Assembly (NCBI RefSeq): GCF_026210795.1
Contig: NC_089436.1
Location: forward strand, 806,001 to 870,000
DNA: 64,000 nt
Origin: Rhizophagus irregularis
Taxonomy: Eukaryota
Reading direction: 5' to 3'
Part shown: positions 11,850 through 25,333 of the stretch, piece after piece
How positions within the stretch are numbered: the stretch's first letter is position 1
Layout of the letters: the number at the start of each line of letters is the position of its first letter
Notes under the pieces: generated by a model
The model's database searches: none
The model's input: the letters and a program-made list of their open reading frames with translations, nothing else
What the model was told of the DNA's origin: nothing
Position numbers and translations under genes: made by a program

Positions 11850-14800
11850 TTATATTTCTATTTTAGGTTTAACAAATATGACAAAATAATCATCCTCATC
11901 TACTTCTTTATATCCAGGTGCAATAATTTTTATATTTTCTTCATCTCCTTCAAACTCTCCTCTTCTCTCCATATTTACTTTTGGTAACTTCATTTTCCCT
12001 CCAATCAAGGGAAAACAATTCACTTTAAAGCAATGTTCTCCCATACCTGGTACAATAAAATGTGTTTGTTTATATCCTGAAAAAACGAATGAATCATTCA
12101 CCTCTATGTTCACATGTATTTTCTTCTCAGATGATGTCCAGTTTATTATTTTATATACAAGAGTGAATAATTGTCCTACTATTGGATTTGGTGGAATTCT
12201 AATATATGCTGAGATTTCTGCTTTTTTTCTTATTAATTGTGGCACAACTACTGTTGATTCTGTACAAGGAATTTTAGTGTCTTTAACTACGGATGATTGT
12301 TGGTTTCTTTTCCATTGTATTACCAGTAATCCTATATCTATGTCTAACTTTTTGATGTCCATTAAGGTCAATTCTAATAAATAATTTACATTATATACAT
12401 TTCCTTGTTTCCAAACTTATTTAAATATAATAATATCAGTAAACATTTTAATTTTAATTATAAATAATACCAATATCTTCAATATACAAACCTTGCCCTT
12501 GAAAATCATTTTCTATTTCAATAGACGATGCTGTTATTTCCATTCGAGTCTGTGCATTGGCTTGACCCAACTAAAAAAAATTATTGTTTATATTTTAATA
12601 AAGAAATAACAATTAAAAAACCATAAAGATAATAATAAATTCGTTAATTTTTACCAAATTTAAATCAATATCAGATACTAAAATTTCACATGGACTTGTG
12701 GTGGTAATCTTTGCAACTAAAAAATATTTCTCAACTCTTTCCATAGAAATTTCTGACTTTCTTTCAAAAATACTTTCACTTTGTTGTGATGTATTAAAAG
12801 AAAAACTGAATGGTGCAATAAAATGTATTCTAAAATCTTCCTTCTTTTCAATCCATCCTCTTGCAGGATATGGTGTAGACGGCACTGAACTAGTTGACGA
12901 ATAATAAACTGTTAAATGAAGTGTTCGTGGCAAATTGGATTTTTTTCCAAGTACATAAACTATCTTCACTACAGATTCTCCCGCTGGTATTATTCCTATA
13001 TCAATATCCTTTAAATTATTGGTCACATTTGCTGTAATTGTAGGATCTAAAGTAATAAAATCTTCCGAATCTACAGGATTTGATGGTGCATCTGTAACAA
13101 TTTCCGCGTTCAAAAATGTTTTAACTTCTTCATGTTCCAAATTTACTACAGTAAGTTCTATCGGATAATATTCATCCAATAGTGCAGGGGCCGAATGCTT
13201 AGCTTGTATGTCCAACCTGGCTAATTTTTGAGTAACTCTAATTATAAACAAATTATATTAGTAAAAATAATTGCCGTTAAAACATTTCAACGAATATTTT
13301 AATTACTTGATAGAAGTACGTTCCCCTGTTCCATTTAATACCGTATAAGTAGGCTTAGTAACTTATTAAAATAAAATTGAATTTTAATAAAGAATCTTTG
13401 TTAAATAGAAACATATTATTTTATTAGTTTATAACCATAATAATATACCTTCATCTTTGGAATCAATATTACCAATCAGCCATTTACGTTTAGAATGTTC
13501 TTCACGTGCATTCTTCAAATTAAAATGAAGTTCAACCTTCCATTGTTCCGTCAAAAATCCAAGAGAAACAGCTTGAAGCTATAAATACAGAATTTTTAAA
13601 TACTTATTAACTAAAAACAATTTGATTAATAGATAATTCACGAATTTACCTGCAAATCGCCACTTTCCTTTGGCTCAATCGATCCTTCAAATACTTTAGT
13701 AATACCTTTACTAAAATTCAAATCAACATCCTTAACCCATACTAATCCTTCTCCTTCAACATCCTCTTTCAAGCAATTTTTGCAATCGATCCATTCTAGC
13801 TTTGTATTATCTTTTTCAATTTTATTATCACGGAGGTAATGATTAAAGTATGAATCGTTATATGACAAGCGGAGGAAAGTGAACCGTAAAGGAATAGGAG
13901 GAGATTCGGCTTGAGTTGAAAACGCAATTTGAAACAAAGTTTCAGCCCCAATAAATGTTGTATCATCTTTAAATTGCACACGACATGTTACTGATTATTA
14001 AAAACATTCGTCAAGATAAAATATTCTAGTAATAATAAAAGACTTTATAAAAAAGGATACAGAAAGAATTTATTTCATCCATGTCAATCATAACTTGCCT
14101 TGGCTCGGGTAAAGTGATCTATATATTTTATATAGGAATAATATATCATATCTTAGAAAATATTAATAAATTTAGTATATTATCATTATCACGTACTTTA
14201 AAAAGTATATCCGTAAGTTCGTTATGAATTTCGATTCGTTGTTGGTTTGATATGGAAAATTCTAAATGAGTATATAAATCATCAAAATCATATAACTTTT
14301 TTTTTTAAAAAAGAAACAAAACTCATTTTAATAATAATTAGGCTTACGATCTGACAATAATTCGATCAAATATTCCACAACTTTTTCCCAAGTACCAAGA
14401 TCCTTAGCACACACTAAAGACCATCTCAATATTGACTCTAGAATTGTATGCCAATGTTCTTTACGATATGTTTTGGCAATTCTTTCAAAAAATCTATAAA
14501 AAAAAAGAAAATTTTAAATGTTATAAATACTTTCTCTTGACAATAATGATAAACCTTCGTTACTTAAGTAATCACTAATATACTTTAGAGCCGTTTCATA
14601 TTTTCCAGCATCTAAATAAGTGTTAGCAATTTCAGAGGCTAAATACAACGTCATACGACCAGTCTTTTGTGCCTTAAATTGCTCATAACTCTTAGTATAC
14701 AATTCAATTGTCAACGTTGAATGATCTATACTTTGTTCTGCATCCAAAATATCTTGTGGTGGAAGGATAGAATTATCAACCCCTTCTTTTTTCATATACT

Positions 14801-17022
14801 ATAATATATATAAAAAAAATGATTAATATCAATAAACTTGAATAATTTTTATGTGAAGAATCGTTAAATACCTTCTCTAAATTTAAAAAATGTTTTCTCC
14901 TTAATGAGTTATACTTTGCTGCCATGAAATAATAAAATCCCGGATGTTGAAGAACCATCGTTGGATTAATTCCAGAGCCTGTATTGGGATTACTTGACAT
15001 ACTTGATATACTTGACATACTAGACATACTAAATCTAAAATCTGATGAAGTAGTATTATGAGAAATTTTTGCCGGATCTGGAATAGTAAAACCAGTCCTA
15101 ATAGCAATTTCTAAAATGTCAGCAAATATGCGATACTGTTTGGACAACCACGCCCAATATTCAAATGTATCTTCACCAATACCCCGCGTATTAGATATAT
15201 CCTTAAAAGTTGACACGTGTTTATTCAGTTGAGCCAGTGCTGCCGAAGGGGAATCAACATAAAGGTTCAGTTTACATAACTAAATAGCATAATATAAAAT
15301 TTGAACAATTTGGTAATATAATAAATAATGTAAGTTTATGGAAAAAAAACTATACAAACTTTTAGACTAATAGTATCAGCAAGAATCCTAGCCTCAACCC
15401 AACGTTTACTTCGAATGGGCAATCCAGTTGCACCTGGTGTGACGGAAGACTGAGGCGCGAAAAGATCTATAATAAGATTATAAGCTGATTCGTAGTATCT
15501 GTATATAAATGAAAAGTATTAGTCATAAAAAAAAATAATCCTTTCTTAAAAAAAAAATTTTTGAAAACATTACCTGATAGCTGCTTCCATATCTTGTCTA
15601 AACTCGGCAAAAGTTGCTAATTTATAATCATATCGGATCATCCACCCTTGAATACCAAGCGGTTGTGGACTCATTGAAGATTTTTCAGAGAGTGGAGGTC
15701 GCATAAAATTACCACTAGGAGAAGGTAACCTAGATCGCTTCCTCTTTACGCGTTTACCATGTTCACGATAATAATTTAATCCGTATTCATAAAGAGATTT
15801 TTGCAGGCTTTAAATTGTCAGATATTTTCAGTATTTGGTTTGTATAAGGATTTAGATAGTTTATAAATTCAGTTACATACTTTGTCACGAAATCTTGAAA
15901 ATCTCCGTACTGAGATGAAGGTAACACGAAAAATGCATGCCTTCCATCTAATCCACTTACTTTTCGGATATTTGCTAATCGCTCATCCATCGCTTGATCT
16001 TTTAAAAACATTCGCTCATCCATTGTCTTATCTTTTATAAATAATTCATAGTTAATTTGCATTGAACTCTGATCTCATAAAAATATTATCAATTAACATT
16101 TATACATGCCAATATTTTGCGTTTTAAGCAATATTACGGCTGAAAATTTAATTCCTCTCTCAAGTAAGGATTTTCTATAAAATTATTCATAAATCAGTCG
16201 AAATTCAAAAAAGTATATATAAAAAAATAATAAACCGATATTTTTATAAACCTCCTTTCATTTATCTCCATTGCCAAAATATAATCTTTCTCTTTATCCA
16301 TTGATTCTGATGTACCTTCTTGTGTTGAAGAAATTTCTTCCTTTTCTTGTATAGAATCAGGTGAAGTATGATGCCACAAGTCATAAAAGCCTACTACAAC
16401 ACTTGGTAGAATTTCTCGATGTTTTCTTACCCATATAGGAGGAATTAAACCATCAGGATGAACAGGCGATCCTGATGTCAATGGTGAAATAGCTGAATGT
16501 GCAATTGGCATATTTAGATGTTGAGTTTGTGCTGGAGGTCTCATCGTTGGTTTTCGAGGGGGAAATTGATGATTCTACATAAGCATGCAAAGTATAAATA
16601 GTTAATAATAAAATAAAATACAAATATATATTGATTATATGAAATCGAATCGATTTAGTTCTCAATTTAAATTAAGCTACAAGTTTAATAAAAATATTTT
16701 CATTAATTAGAAATCAACATACCTTATCAACAGCAACTACGTGAAAAACTGCACTTGCATTTTTTCCGGGTCCCCAAATACCTACTTGACTTTTTGCTGT
16801 TAAAAGAGACAGTAAAGTTCTTGATAACTGTTGTTTTGTGGAAATAGGTATTGAAGCTGCACTTAGTGAACTTCTTCGCGATTGAGATTTAGAACTGGGA
16901 GGATTTTGTATAGAACCAGTTGTAGAAGTAGGCTGTTCTACCAAATCTCTCGCTGTTCCTAAACCAATTACAGCCATTAAAGGAACATGGTGAAAAATAA
17001 ATTCGGGAGGATAGCTATCCAT
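11850..17022 (-). CDS. TRAPPC11: TRAPP III complex subunit 11 (foie gras/Gryzun domains), multi-exon
   Basis: Start MDSYPPEFIFHHVPLMAVIGL, then SPLTSGSPVHPDGLIPPIWVRKH, EYWAWLSKQYRIFA, HPGFYY, DHSTLTIELYTKSYEQF and C-terminal FVFSGYKQ...FPLIGGKMKLP. Confidence 0.9.
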
Positions 17023-17294
17023 AATTAATCCAAGTTGATTTTGTAAAGCCAACTGAGTAATTTTATCAAACTTAATTATGTAATCCAAGATCATAACACA
17101 AGATCTTAGATCGTACCACATAAATTTTTGTTTGTCGCATGAGATTATGTAACTTTTATTTCTAGAAAAATAGCGCGAAAATTAAATGAAACAAAAAATA
17201 TTTACGAATTAGAACTTCATTTCCCATTTTTTTTTTTAAAAAAAAATACTATTTAATATATAAAATGAACGACACTAATTCTTATAAAATGTAA

Positions 17295-18887
17295 TTAATA
17301 TAATTCATTATATTCAATATCAGGTAACCGATACTTTGCACGATATTCAGAAAATTTAACAAATCCCACATGCTTTTTAACATCATCGATATATTTCTTT
17401 GTAAAATTCTTTTTGTTTCCTAAATATAATTTATCTAATTGTCCATTATTATAATAAGTTAATAATAAACAGATATGATGATCGTTAAAAAAAGAACAAT
17501 TAGAAAAATCCAACACTTTAAATTTGATTCCTTTTTCTTTACAAATTTTAAAAAGTTTTGATAGATAATTAAATTGAAGATAATTTTCAAAATTAAATGT
17601 GAGATTAATTACAGATTTGGGTAAATTTTCTCCAATTAAAATTAATAAATCTTCTCCACTAAATTCCAAATATCTTAAAGATAATATTTCAAGATATTTC
17701 AAAGTATTTAAATAAGATGAAAATAAATTAACATAATTAATATCAATTGAATAAGTTAATTCAATTAATTTGGTACAATAATCTTGACAATAAGAAAGGA
17801 TATCTTTTGTTTCTGATTCATCAATAGATAATGTTAATTCTTTTATTTTTTCATTTGATTGTTTAAATAAAACCTTAATGAAATCAGGTGGAAATCCCTT
17901 TCCCTCATCCATTATAATGCAAATTCTATTCAATTTTTGAAAAGATAATGATAAATCATTATCATTGATTGAAAATTTAAAATTACTACAATAAGTTATT
18001 TCCAATTGTTGTAAATTTGAAAATATGGACAATTCATGAAGTGGAAAAGGATCAGATTTATTAAATTGAATTAAATTAAGACAAAAACATGTCAGAACAT
18101 TACAATGTTCTAGAACACTTTTCCAAATAATAGGGAAATCAGAATCTAAGCATGATATCGTCACATCTTCCAATCTTTTTTGATTTTTAATAAGTTGTGC
18201 CATATTTTTTACACAAAGATCCAATGGAGTAATATCATTAATCCATATAATTATAATTTTTTTTAAATTCATTAAAATTTTTGAAGCTGATAATAAAATA
18301 GTTGGTAAAAGTCCTACTTCATCTCCCACAATAACGCAATCTAAACATGTAATATTGGATAAATTTTCTTCAGCTTGGGTTAATTCAAAAATATTCATAA
18401 TTTGTTCTTCATTAAAATAAATTCCTTCCATATATGTTGAATTAATTATGAAATTTTCACATAAAGCTTTAAATATCTTGAGTACAGTTTTCCTTTCAAA
18501 TTCTTTTTCTAAAAGTGCTGAACCTTTAACTTTTTCCTCAAAAAAAATACTTGTATCAAGCCAAACTTTTATTGTAGCCAAAATGTCATTGAGCCAAAAT
18601 TTTTGTAAAAAACTTGTATAATTGAATATAGCTTTTACTGTTGAATCCAATCCAACGGATTCTCGAAATTCCTGAGATAAACATTTAATATAAGAGTCCA
18701 TAAGTTGAACATATCGTTCTTTTTGTCCAGACTCAAAACAAAAGGAAAAGGGATCTTTCCACAACTCAGGAATTGCTGAAATACACCAATGACGATTGAT
18801 TAGAATGCAAGTATACCGTGCTTTCCAATCTTTTTCTAATTCTTTAAATATCAAATGTAGACAAAGTTCTGGAAGTGTAGCTGCCAT
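17295..18887 (-). CDS. F-box-like / leucine-rich repeat (RNI-like) protein
   Basis: 530-aa intronless ORF. N-terminus LPELCLHLIFKEL...CILINRHWCISAIPELWKDPF is typical of the expanded Glomeromycotina F-box family, followed by LxxLxL repeats. Confidence 0.85.
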   Translation of the reverse strand: MAATLPELCLHLIFKELEKDWKARYTCILINRHWCISAIPELWKDPFSFCFESGQKERYVQLMDSYIKCLSQEFRESVGLDSTVKAIFNYTSFLQKFWLNDILATIKVWLDTSIFFEEKVKGSALLEKEFERKTVLKIFKALCENFIINSTYMEGIYFNEEQIMNIFELTQAEENLSNITCLDCVIVGDEVGLLPTILLSASKILMNLKKIIIIWINDITPLDLCVKNMAQLIKNQKRLEDVTISCLDSDFPIIWKSVLEHCNVLTCFCLNLIQFNKSDPFPLHELSIFSNLQQLEITYCSNFKFSINDNDLSLSFQKLNRICIIMDEGKGFPPDFIKVLFKQSNEKIKELTLSIDESETKDILSYCQDYCTKLIELTYSIDINYVNLFSSYLNTLKYLEILSLRYLEFSGEDLLILIGENLPKSVINLTFNFENYLQFNYLSKLFKICKEKGIKFKVLDFSNCSFFNDHHICLLLTYYNNGQLDKLYLGNKKNFTKKYIDDVKKHVGFVKFSEYRAKYRLPDIEYNELY

Positions 18888-19379
18888 ATTTTTTACTGTT
18901 TTATTTGTTTTGATTTTTGATTTTAAATTATTTTATTTTATTATTATCCGATGATCGTCCATCGATCGACATACACATATACGTTGACGTGTGCATTATT
19001 GATAGATTGTCTTTATTAGTTAATTATTATATATATATATAACTACAACGCAGCTGTACGTGTTGTACTCATGTACTCACGTGTACTCACATGTATTTTC
19101 AATATATTTGACGAACTTAAATTATTTTTTTAAGTGAAATATTATTACACCGTTGAACTACACTACTCCATTTTTACATTCCTGAAGAGCTTATATATTA
19201 AGTTTTATTTTTACCATATTATAATATAACGTATGAAACACGAAATTAATAAAACATAAACAACTGTACATATAAAAGAAAAAATTGCAATTTTTTTTTA
19301 TTGGAAAGGAATTGAATAGTTTGTAATCAAACTCTTCTAAAATACATGTTATAAAAAAAATGAATTCAAATGAAATAAA

Positions 19380-20481
19380 AAGGGCGAATTCCTATAAAAA
19401 ATGTTAGATGCACCGCAACGTATGGGCGTAAATCAAAAAAGTTTCAGTGGACTGTAACCCGTGGCCTTATCTGCTTTGAAGACTCGGCTTCGCACATGTT
19501 TCACATTTCCTTATGGGACAGAGGACGAACATATTGTTATAAATCGTGAGTGTGGTGGTAATGAAAAGGAAATTATTTGTTTGGTTGATGATGAGGATTT
19601 GGCAAGTGTAATCTGGACTCAAGGATTCAAGGTGGATTTTCCAATCGTCGTGGACACATGTAAGTATCGGTTTGCTATTTTTTGAGAATAAATCATGATA
19701 GGTGTGACATACCCCTAACAAAAAATAATTTGGATGTTTTATAGCGCAACAGCCATTTTCGTCGTGGACATTTCCCCAAATCAAGACGTTATTCGGGTTA
19801 ACAGCTGATAGTTATATTGATCTCCCCAGGTTCGATGGAGAGTTAGCTGACACAGCCAATTACGAAAAGATATTGGAGCACGTTTTGGAAGATATAGCTA
19901 TGAAGCATAAGACCTGCATTCACGTCACTAGTGCAAACGAAGCAACAAGACGCGAATTTATTTCTTCCGTTCTTCATGGCGTTGCCTCTTGTTATGATGG
20001 TGAAGTGAAAGTATGTCCAGAATACGAGTTATCTGGAAGTCATGGTAAAGGGCCAGTGGATTGGGTTATCAAGATTGGAGATACGATTATCGTTGTTACT
20101 GAGGCTAAAAGAGAGGATATTAACCAGGGTGTTGGCCAGAATGCAATTCAGTTACAAGCTTCGTCTCAGCGTAATAAAAAGAAACGCACATATAATGAGG
20201 CTTTGCGTGAAGATGTAATGTATGGTATTGTTTCGACAGGGGTCGACTGGGTCATAATTAAGTTAGTTACTACTGGCGAATATAATGATAGTGATAATGG
20301 GAATGTCGAGGTATTATTGAGTTCGCGAACACCATTTACTTTCCCCATTAATGAGAGTGTGTTCGATAAAAGTCTTATGCTTGAAAAACTCAAGAACTTG
20401 TTCGGGCAAATTAAATGAGTGTTTGGTCTCCAGATTGAATTGCAGGAATCATTGAAGCGGGTAAAAACAGAAAATAAATAA
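19380..20481 (+). pseudogene. PD-(D/E)xK restriction-endonuclease-fold protein of crinkler C-terminal type, probably disrupted
   Basis: Motif GPVDWVIK...VTEAK...GVGQNAIQL...YGIVSTG. Intron ~19660-19744 joins in frame. Apparent frameshift near 19460, and TGA at 20416-20418 is followed by in-frame VFGLQIELQESLKRVKTENK*. Confidence 0.7.
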
Positions 20482-20836
20482 GATAGTCTTATCTTTTTCG
20501 AAAAAAAATAATCGTATGTAGACATTAGAATAGAAAAAAAATTCGTCATGTATCGCAGGCTACGCCCCAAACCTTTGTATTTATTTTTGCATATATTAAT
20601 AAAAAATTTTCTTGGCAAAAGTAATCGGATGCTTATACAGGTTGAGATATGCAAATTTTATTAGAATTAATAAAGTATTTTTATTCCGCCATTTTTTTTT
20701 ATTTTGTACATATTATATATAAAGTGCATTAGCCCAAATTTTTATGTCTATTTTTTATTTAGTACATATTATATATATTATATATAAAAGTGCATTAGCC
20801 CAAATTTTTATGTCTATATTTTTTTTGTAAAATAAT

Positions 20837-22190
20837 CTACATAGCACGAAATATTGCTTGTTGGATAGGAAAGAAATCAATAACCATATTATTGATTGGG
20901 TATGGTGGGACTTGAGGACAGCCACGGAAAATACAACCTGGAAAAATATTCATAATACACATTCCTGGGGCAGTACATCCATTATACAGTTGATTTCTCC
21001 TATCAATGGTTCCGAATTCAATCTAAAAAAAATAAATGCATAAATGATATTGAAAAAGAAAGCAAATGCCAAGAATACTAATTCTTACAATGTGGACTGG
21101 TTGATAATTTTCATATACATTTTGTACGCCATTTCTATGACAGAATTTATAGCACTGCCAAAAACACAGAACAATTATTAGACAAATGAAATAAACAAAA
21201 TAACAACAAAAAAAGTAGTACTGAACTGTGAAACGGCGCAAAGGAGTTCCGTTTTGATCTCTTCCTAAAGTCCATTTCCATAATTTTAGTACAAATACAT
21301 CCTCTACATGGTTCAGAGCCAACCAGAATTGAGTAGTCTTATGCATTATTCTAAAAAGGCTTTCTGAATTGGCCACCTCAACAATAATGGTTGGCCAAGG
21401 GTTACCCTATAAACCATTATAGATTCAGATTGGTCTTTGTATTTTCAATAATATAATTCAAGAAATAATACCTGAAGATCACAAGGGTTTGGGGCTGGTT
21501 TGGGCATAATTCTTGGTGTAAATGAACAATCCGGCTGTTTGCTAGAACTCCTTGTTATATGTCCTGGAGTAGTATGACAAGCTGAATACAAAAGGATTAA
21601 ACTTAATATAATAATATAAATTCACAAATAAACACAAAGTACATACTTGATGCTCCAGTAATATCAACTGTATCCTGAGGATCTTGATGTATAAATTGCC
21701 TAGTGAACTCATAATGTGCCATTTCATGATCACGATTTGGCAACTCGATTATGACTACCATTCCGTCTTGAAACTCCCAGTACCTTGATGCTTTTGTGAT
21801 CTCACATTTTTTTTCGAACTCTTCATAACTTACATCTTCAATAAGAATCAGAGGAAGTCTAATAAAATGAAACAAATTTTAGCATAAACATTGAAAATCG
21901 AATTTATGTAGTGTTATGACTATGACTTACCTATTTTCATCAATAGTTTTATAATTTCCATCGATCTACCATTTTTTCTCTCTTGCATCAGCTTTGTTAG
22001 TGATGACTTCTTCCACATTAGCATCAATAACTTCAATACATTCCTGAAACGCCAACTCATCTGCAGTTAAATCAGGTAAGGAAGTTACTGAACCTTTATG
22101 AGAATTTGCAGTTGATGAGAAGATGCTTAAAATAGAGGCTAAAGAACTTCGACAAGAAGATACAAAAGATTCATTTACACTTGTAAACAT
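20837..22190 (-). pseudogene. Uma2/DUF820-like PD-(D/E)xK endonuclease, multi-exon, stop or frameshift in exon 1
   Basis: Spliced exons give VSYEEFE...WEFQDGMVVIIELPNRDHE...KQPDCSF...WPTIIVEVANSESL...IEFGT...QQAIFRAM*. TAG at 21966-21968 lies before the first splice donor (~21930). Confidence 0.7.
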
Positions 22191-22313
22191 TTTTAAAACT
22201 AAGAGATATAATCACTAATAACTACTAAATGAAATGAGAGATTAAAGTTAACAGTTTTTATAGTTATCAAAATATGTGATATGACGCAATAATTAGTAAT
22301 TAAAGTGTAGGGA

Positions 22314-22761
22314 AGCATGTCTGAAATGTGTGTCAAATTGACAGCGCAGTGTGGTGCAGCGATTTTTTCCAAAAAAATTAAATTGCAATTTTTTTTATTT
22401 AAAATAAAACCTTTAAATTACTACACTAGATATATTTTTGTCTGCTCTGCAAATTTACTTAGAGAATATACAAGTAGTTTAGAAGGCCATTTTCGAGTTA
22501 TTTAACAAAAACTGTTTTTTGACAAATCCAATTTTGGAAATGATCAGTAAAGACAATAAAATCAGTTGTTATATACTAAAGTTAAAATCTACTTCCAAAA
22601 TCTCCTTCCATTTATAAGTGAATTTTGTAAAACAAATGAAAATACATTTAATATGTAAATTTGAAAATATTATATTAAAAAGAAAATCTTTAACTTATTT
22701 TTTTTTTGAAATTACTATGCCATACTGTACCATTAACCTGACACACATTTCAGATATACTG
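22314..22761. mobile_element. MITE with ~55-bp degenerate terminal inverted repeats
   Basis: Left end GCATGTCTGAAATGTGTGTCAAATTGACAGCGCAGTGTGG matches the reverse complement of the right end, GTATATCTGAAATGTGTGTCAGGTTAATGGTACAGTATGG. No clear TSD. Confidence 0.65.
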
Positions 22762-23861
22762 TGAAAAGTATGGGAGTGTAGAAGTAAATAGATATTGTAA
22801 ATCATTTGAATCATCTTTAATATAATTTTTTCTTTAAAATAGTATTATATTTTTCATCAAAATGATAAAATACTAATTAAATTTATTTTGGCAGATGTAA
22901 ATATGTAATGTATTTTGATAAACATAATTAATTCATAATAATTTTATAATAAATAGTAAATTAGTCTATTCACCAAAATATGATATAATTAATTAGCAGA
23001 GAAGTATAAATAGTATTTTATTATCTGATTCTGATATGTTAATGGCTTATTTTAAATGATCTATACAATACTAGATCTGATTAATGATATTTTTACCAAT
23101 CTCATTGGTTTGTATTCTGTAAAGAATCACAGATTGCAAATAATATAAAATTTTGGTATAAGGTTTAATGTTATTATCTATTGATTCATTTTTTGACATT
23201 GCATACACTAAGTATAACTGACGACTATTTTTGTTTTATCTAGAATATCGATAGTTGGGATAATGAAACTAGATCATGGAATGGAATAATATATAAATAA
23301 GCGAAAAGCTGGTATGATCTGCAGGCATTAGTATAGAAACTTTACTTCACTTTGTAAAACAAATCTATATATTACTGAATCTTATAATTTATTTTTTACA
23401 TTAATAAATTAGTAATTCTGATCATGGTATTTTGTTACAATTTATTTATACTAACCAATTTTTGAATTATTTCATCTTATATAAAAAATTATTATCAAAC
23501 ATGCAATCCACTGATTTATTGAGAGAATTAAATGCCAAGCTCTTAACTGAGATTGCTAAACTCAGAAAAAAGTTTGCTGAAATCAAGAATGAGAATGGTA
23601 GGCTTAAAAATGAAAATGTGAAATTGAAACAGATTATTAAAAAGAATGCCAGATATGATGCTAAAAATGTCAAATACAAAGTCAGAATCGAGAAATTGGA
23701 GAAAAATAGTGTAGATATTTCAGCCAAAAATGCTGAACTTAAAGCTGAATTAGTCAAACTAAGATATAATTTCGATTTCTTCAATCTTATGAAACCTCAG
23801 CAATCACAGCACTTACTAACGTACAAAACTCATGCTCTGTTGAAGAAGAAGATATATCATA

Positions 23862-25333
23862 TGTGCCGATTTTTGGAATTAGTCTAAATTAAGATTTTTA
23901 TAAAAATTTAATATTTTAGTAAGATTAACATTACACAAATCTAAATTAAATATGTGTTACATATTTACGTAACTCAGATTTAATAAAAAATAAAAAAAAT
24001 TTTTTTAATCAATATTCAAAAATAACGGTAATAACCACTTCTTTTTCCCCATCACTGCCCATCACTTTTCCATTATTTTTCTATTCACTTTTATTAAATA
24101 TGACAAAAAAGTTTATAAGCAAATATAGCAGTTATTTTTAAGTGGTAAGTAAAAGAAAAAACTTAATATTTTATATACATAGATAAGATATATTTTTTCA
24201 TAATTTTTAGCTTTAATTTATTGTTTTTTCTTTGTAAAAAATACATGCAAATAAAAAATAATTATGATGTAAAATAGTTGTAAAATGAATAATAAGATAT
24301 TCTTTTTTTTTCAAAATAACTAATTATATATTTGTTTTTTATATTTTAAAATTATTTTATTAGATTTATTCTATTAAAATCCTTAAATGGCAAATAAAAT
24401 CTTTTAAATAAAGTAAAAGAATTTGGGATTCTCTTATGAAAGCATTTTTTGGTAAGAAATAAAATTTTCAGATCGGACTTTATGCAGGTGACAAAATCGT
24501 GCATTATTATTCCTGGAGATATGCTAACGTCATCATTTTACATTCATTTGAAAGCTGAGAATTTGCTCTATCGTAAGAATCAAAGATCAGGAAAATTGGA
24601 TCACCAGATGAGGCGTAATTAACGATCAAAGTCAAATCAAATTTAAAAATTAAAAATAAATATATTAGACGTAATTATTCACAATCCAGTGATTCAATTC
24701 ATTCGATTTTAGGCTTATTAGATAGACCTCAATTTTCTCTTTCAAATGAATATAATTTCATTCGTGTAGCTTGCATCTACAGGTATTTAATAAATTTTTT
24801 TATATCAGATTTTATCAAACTTATAAAATTTTATATTAATAATATAATTGATGATTTCTAAACATCTACATATATTAAACGAATTATTTTAAATTTATTT
24901 TAAAGATAAAAGTTGGCATCACCTTAGGGAGCAAAGATCATTCAAATTGAATCACTACATGTGAAGTAATTAATGATCAAATTTAGATAAAATTCAATAA
25001 ATATACTGAATGTGATTACTGAACAACTAGTGATTCAATTCACTTGATTTTAGATTCATTAGATAGATCTCGATTTTCTCTTTCAAATGAATGTAAATTT
25101 ATTTGTATAGCTTATTTCTATGAAGAATTATCAATGATTTTGTCATGAGAGTTATATTTGATCTTTTAAATTTTAATGATATCTTATATTAAAAAAAATT
25201 AAAAATTATATAATTAATTAGTTTTTTTTGCATTATCTAGTATAAATTTATTATTCTTATATAAATGATAATTTATATTTGCTTTAATAAAATTATTTTT
25301 GTGTAAAAAAATTAGATTCCAAGGATCGGCCCA
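23862..25333 (+). mobile_element. Non-autonomous TIR transposon, 1.47 kb, TA-flanked (Tc1/mariner-type TSD)
   Basis: TA|TGTGCCGATTTTTGGAAT ... ATTCCAAGGATCGGCCCA|TA. A second, inverted copy lies at 30012-31426. Confidence 0.75.

Noticed and set aside
20166..20654. - strand 162-aa ORF
   Set aside because: It is the antisense overlap of the REase gene and has no recognisable motifs.
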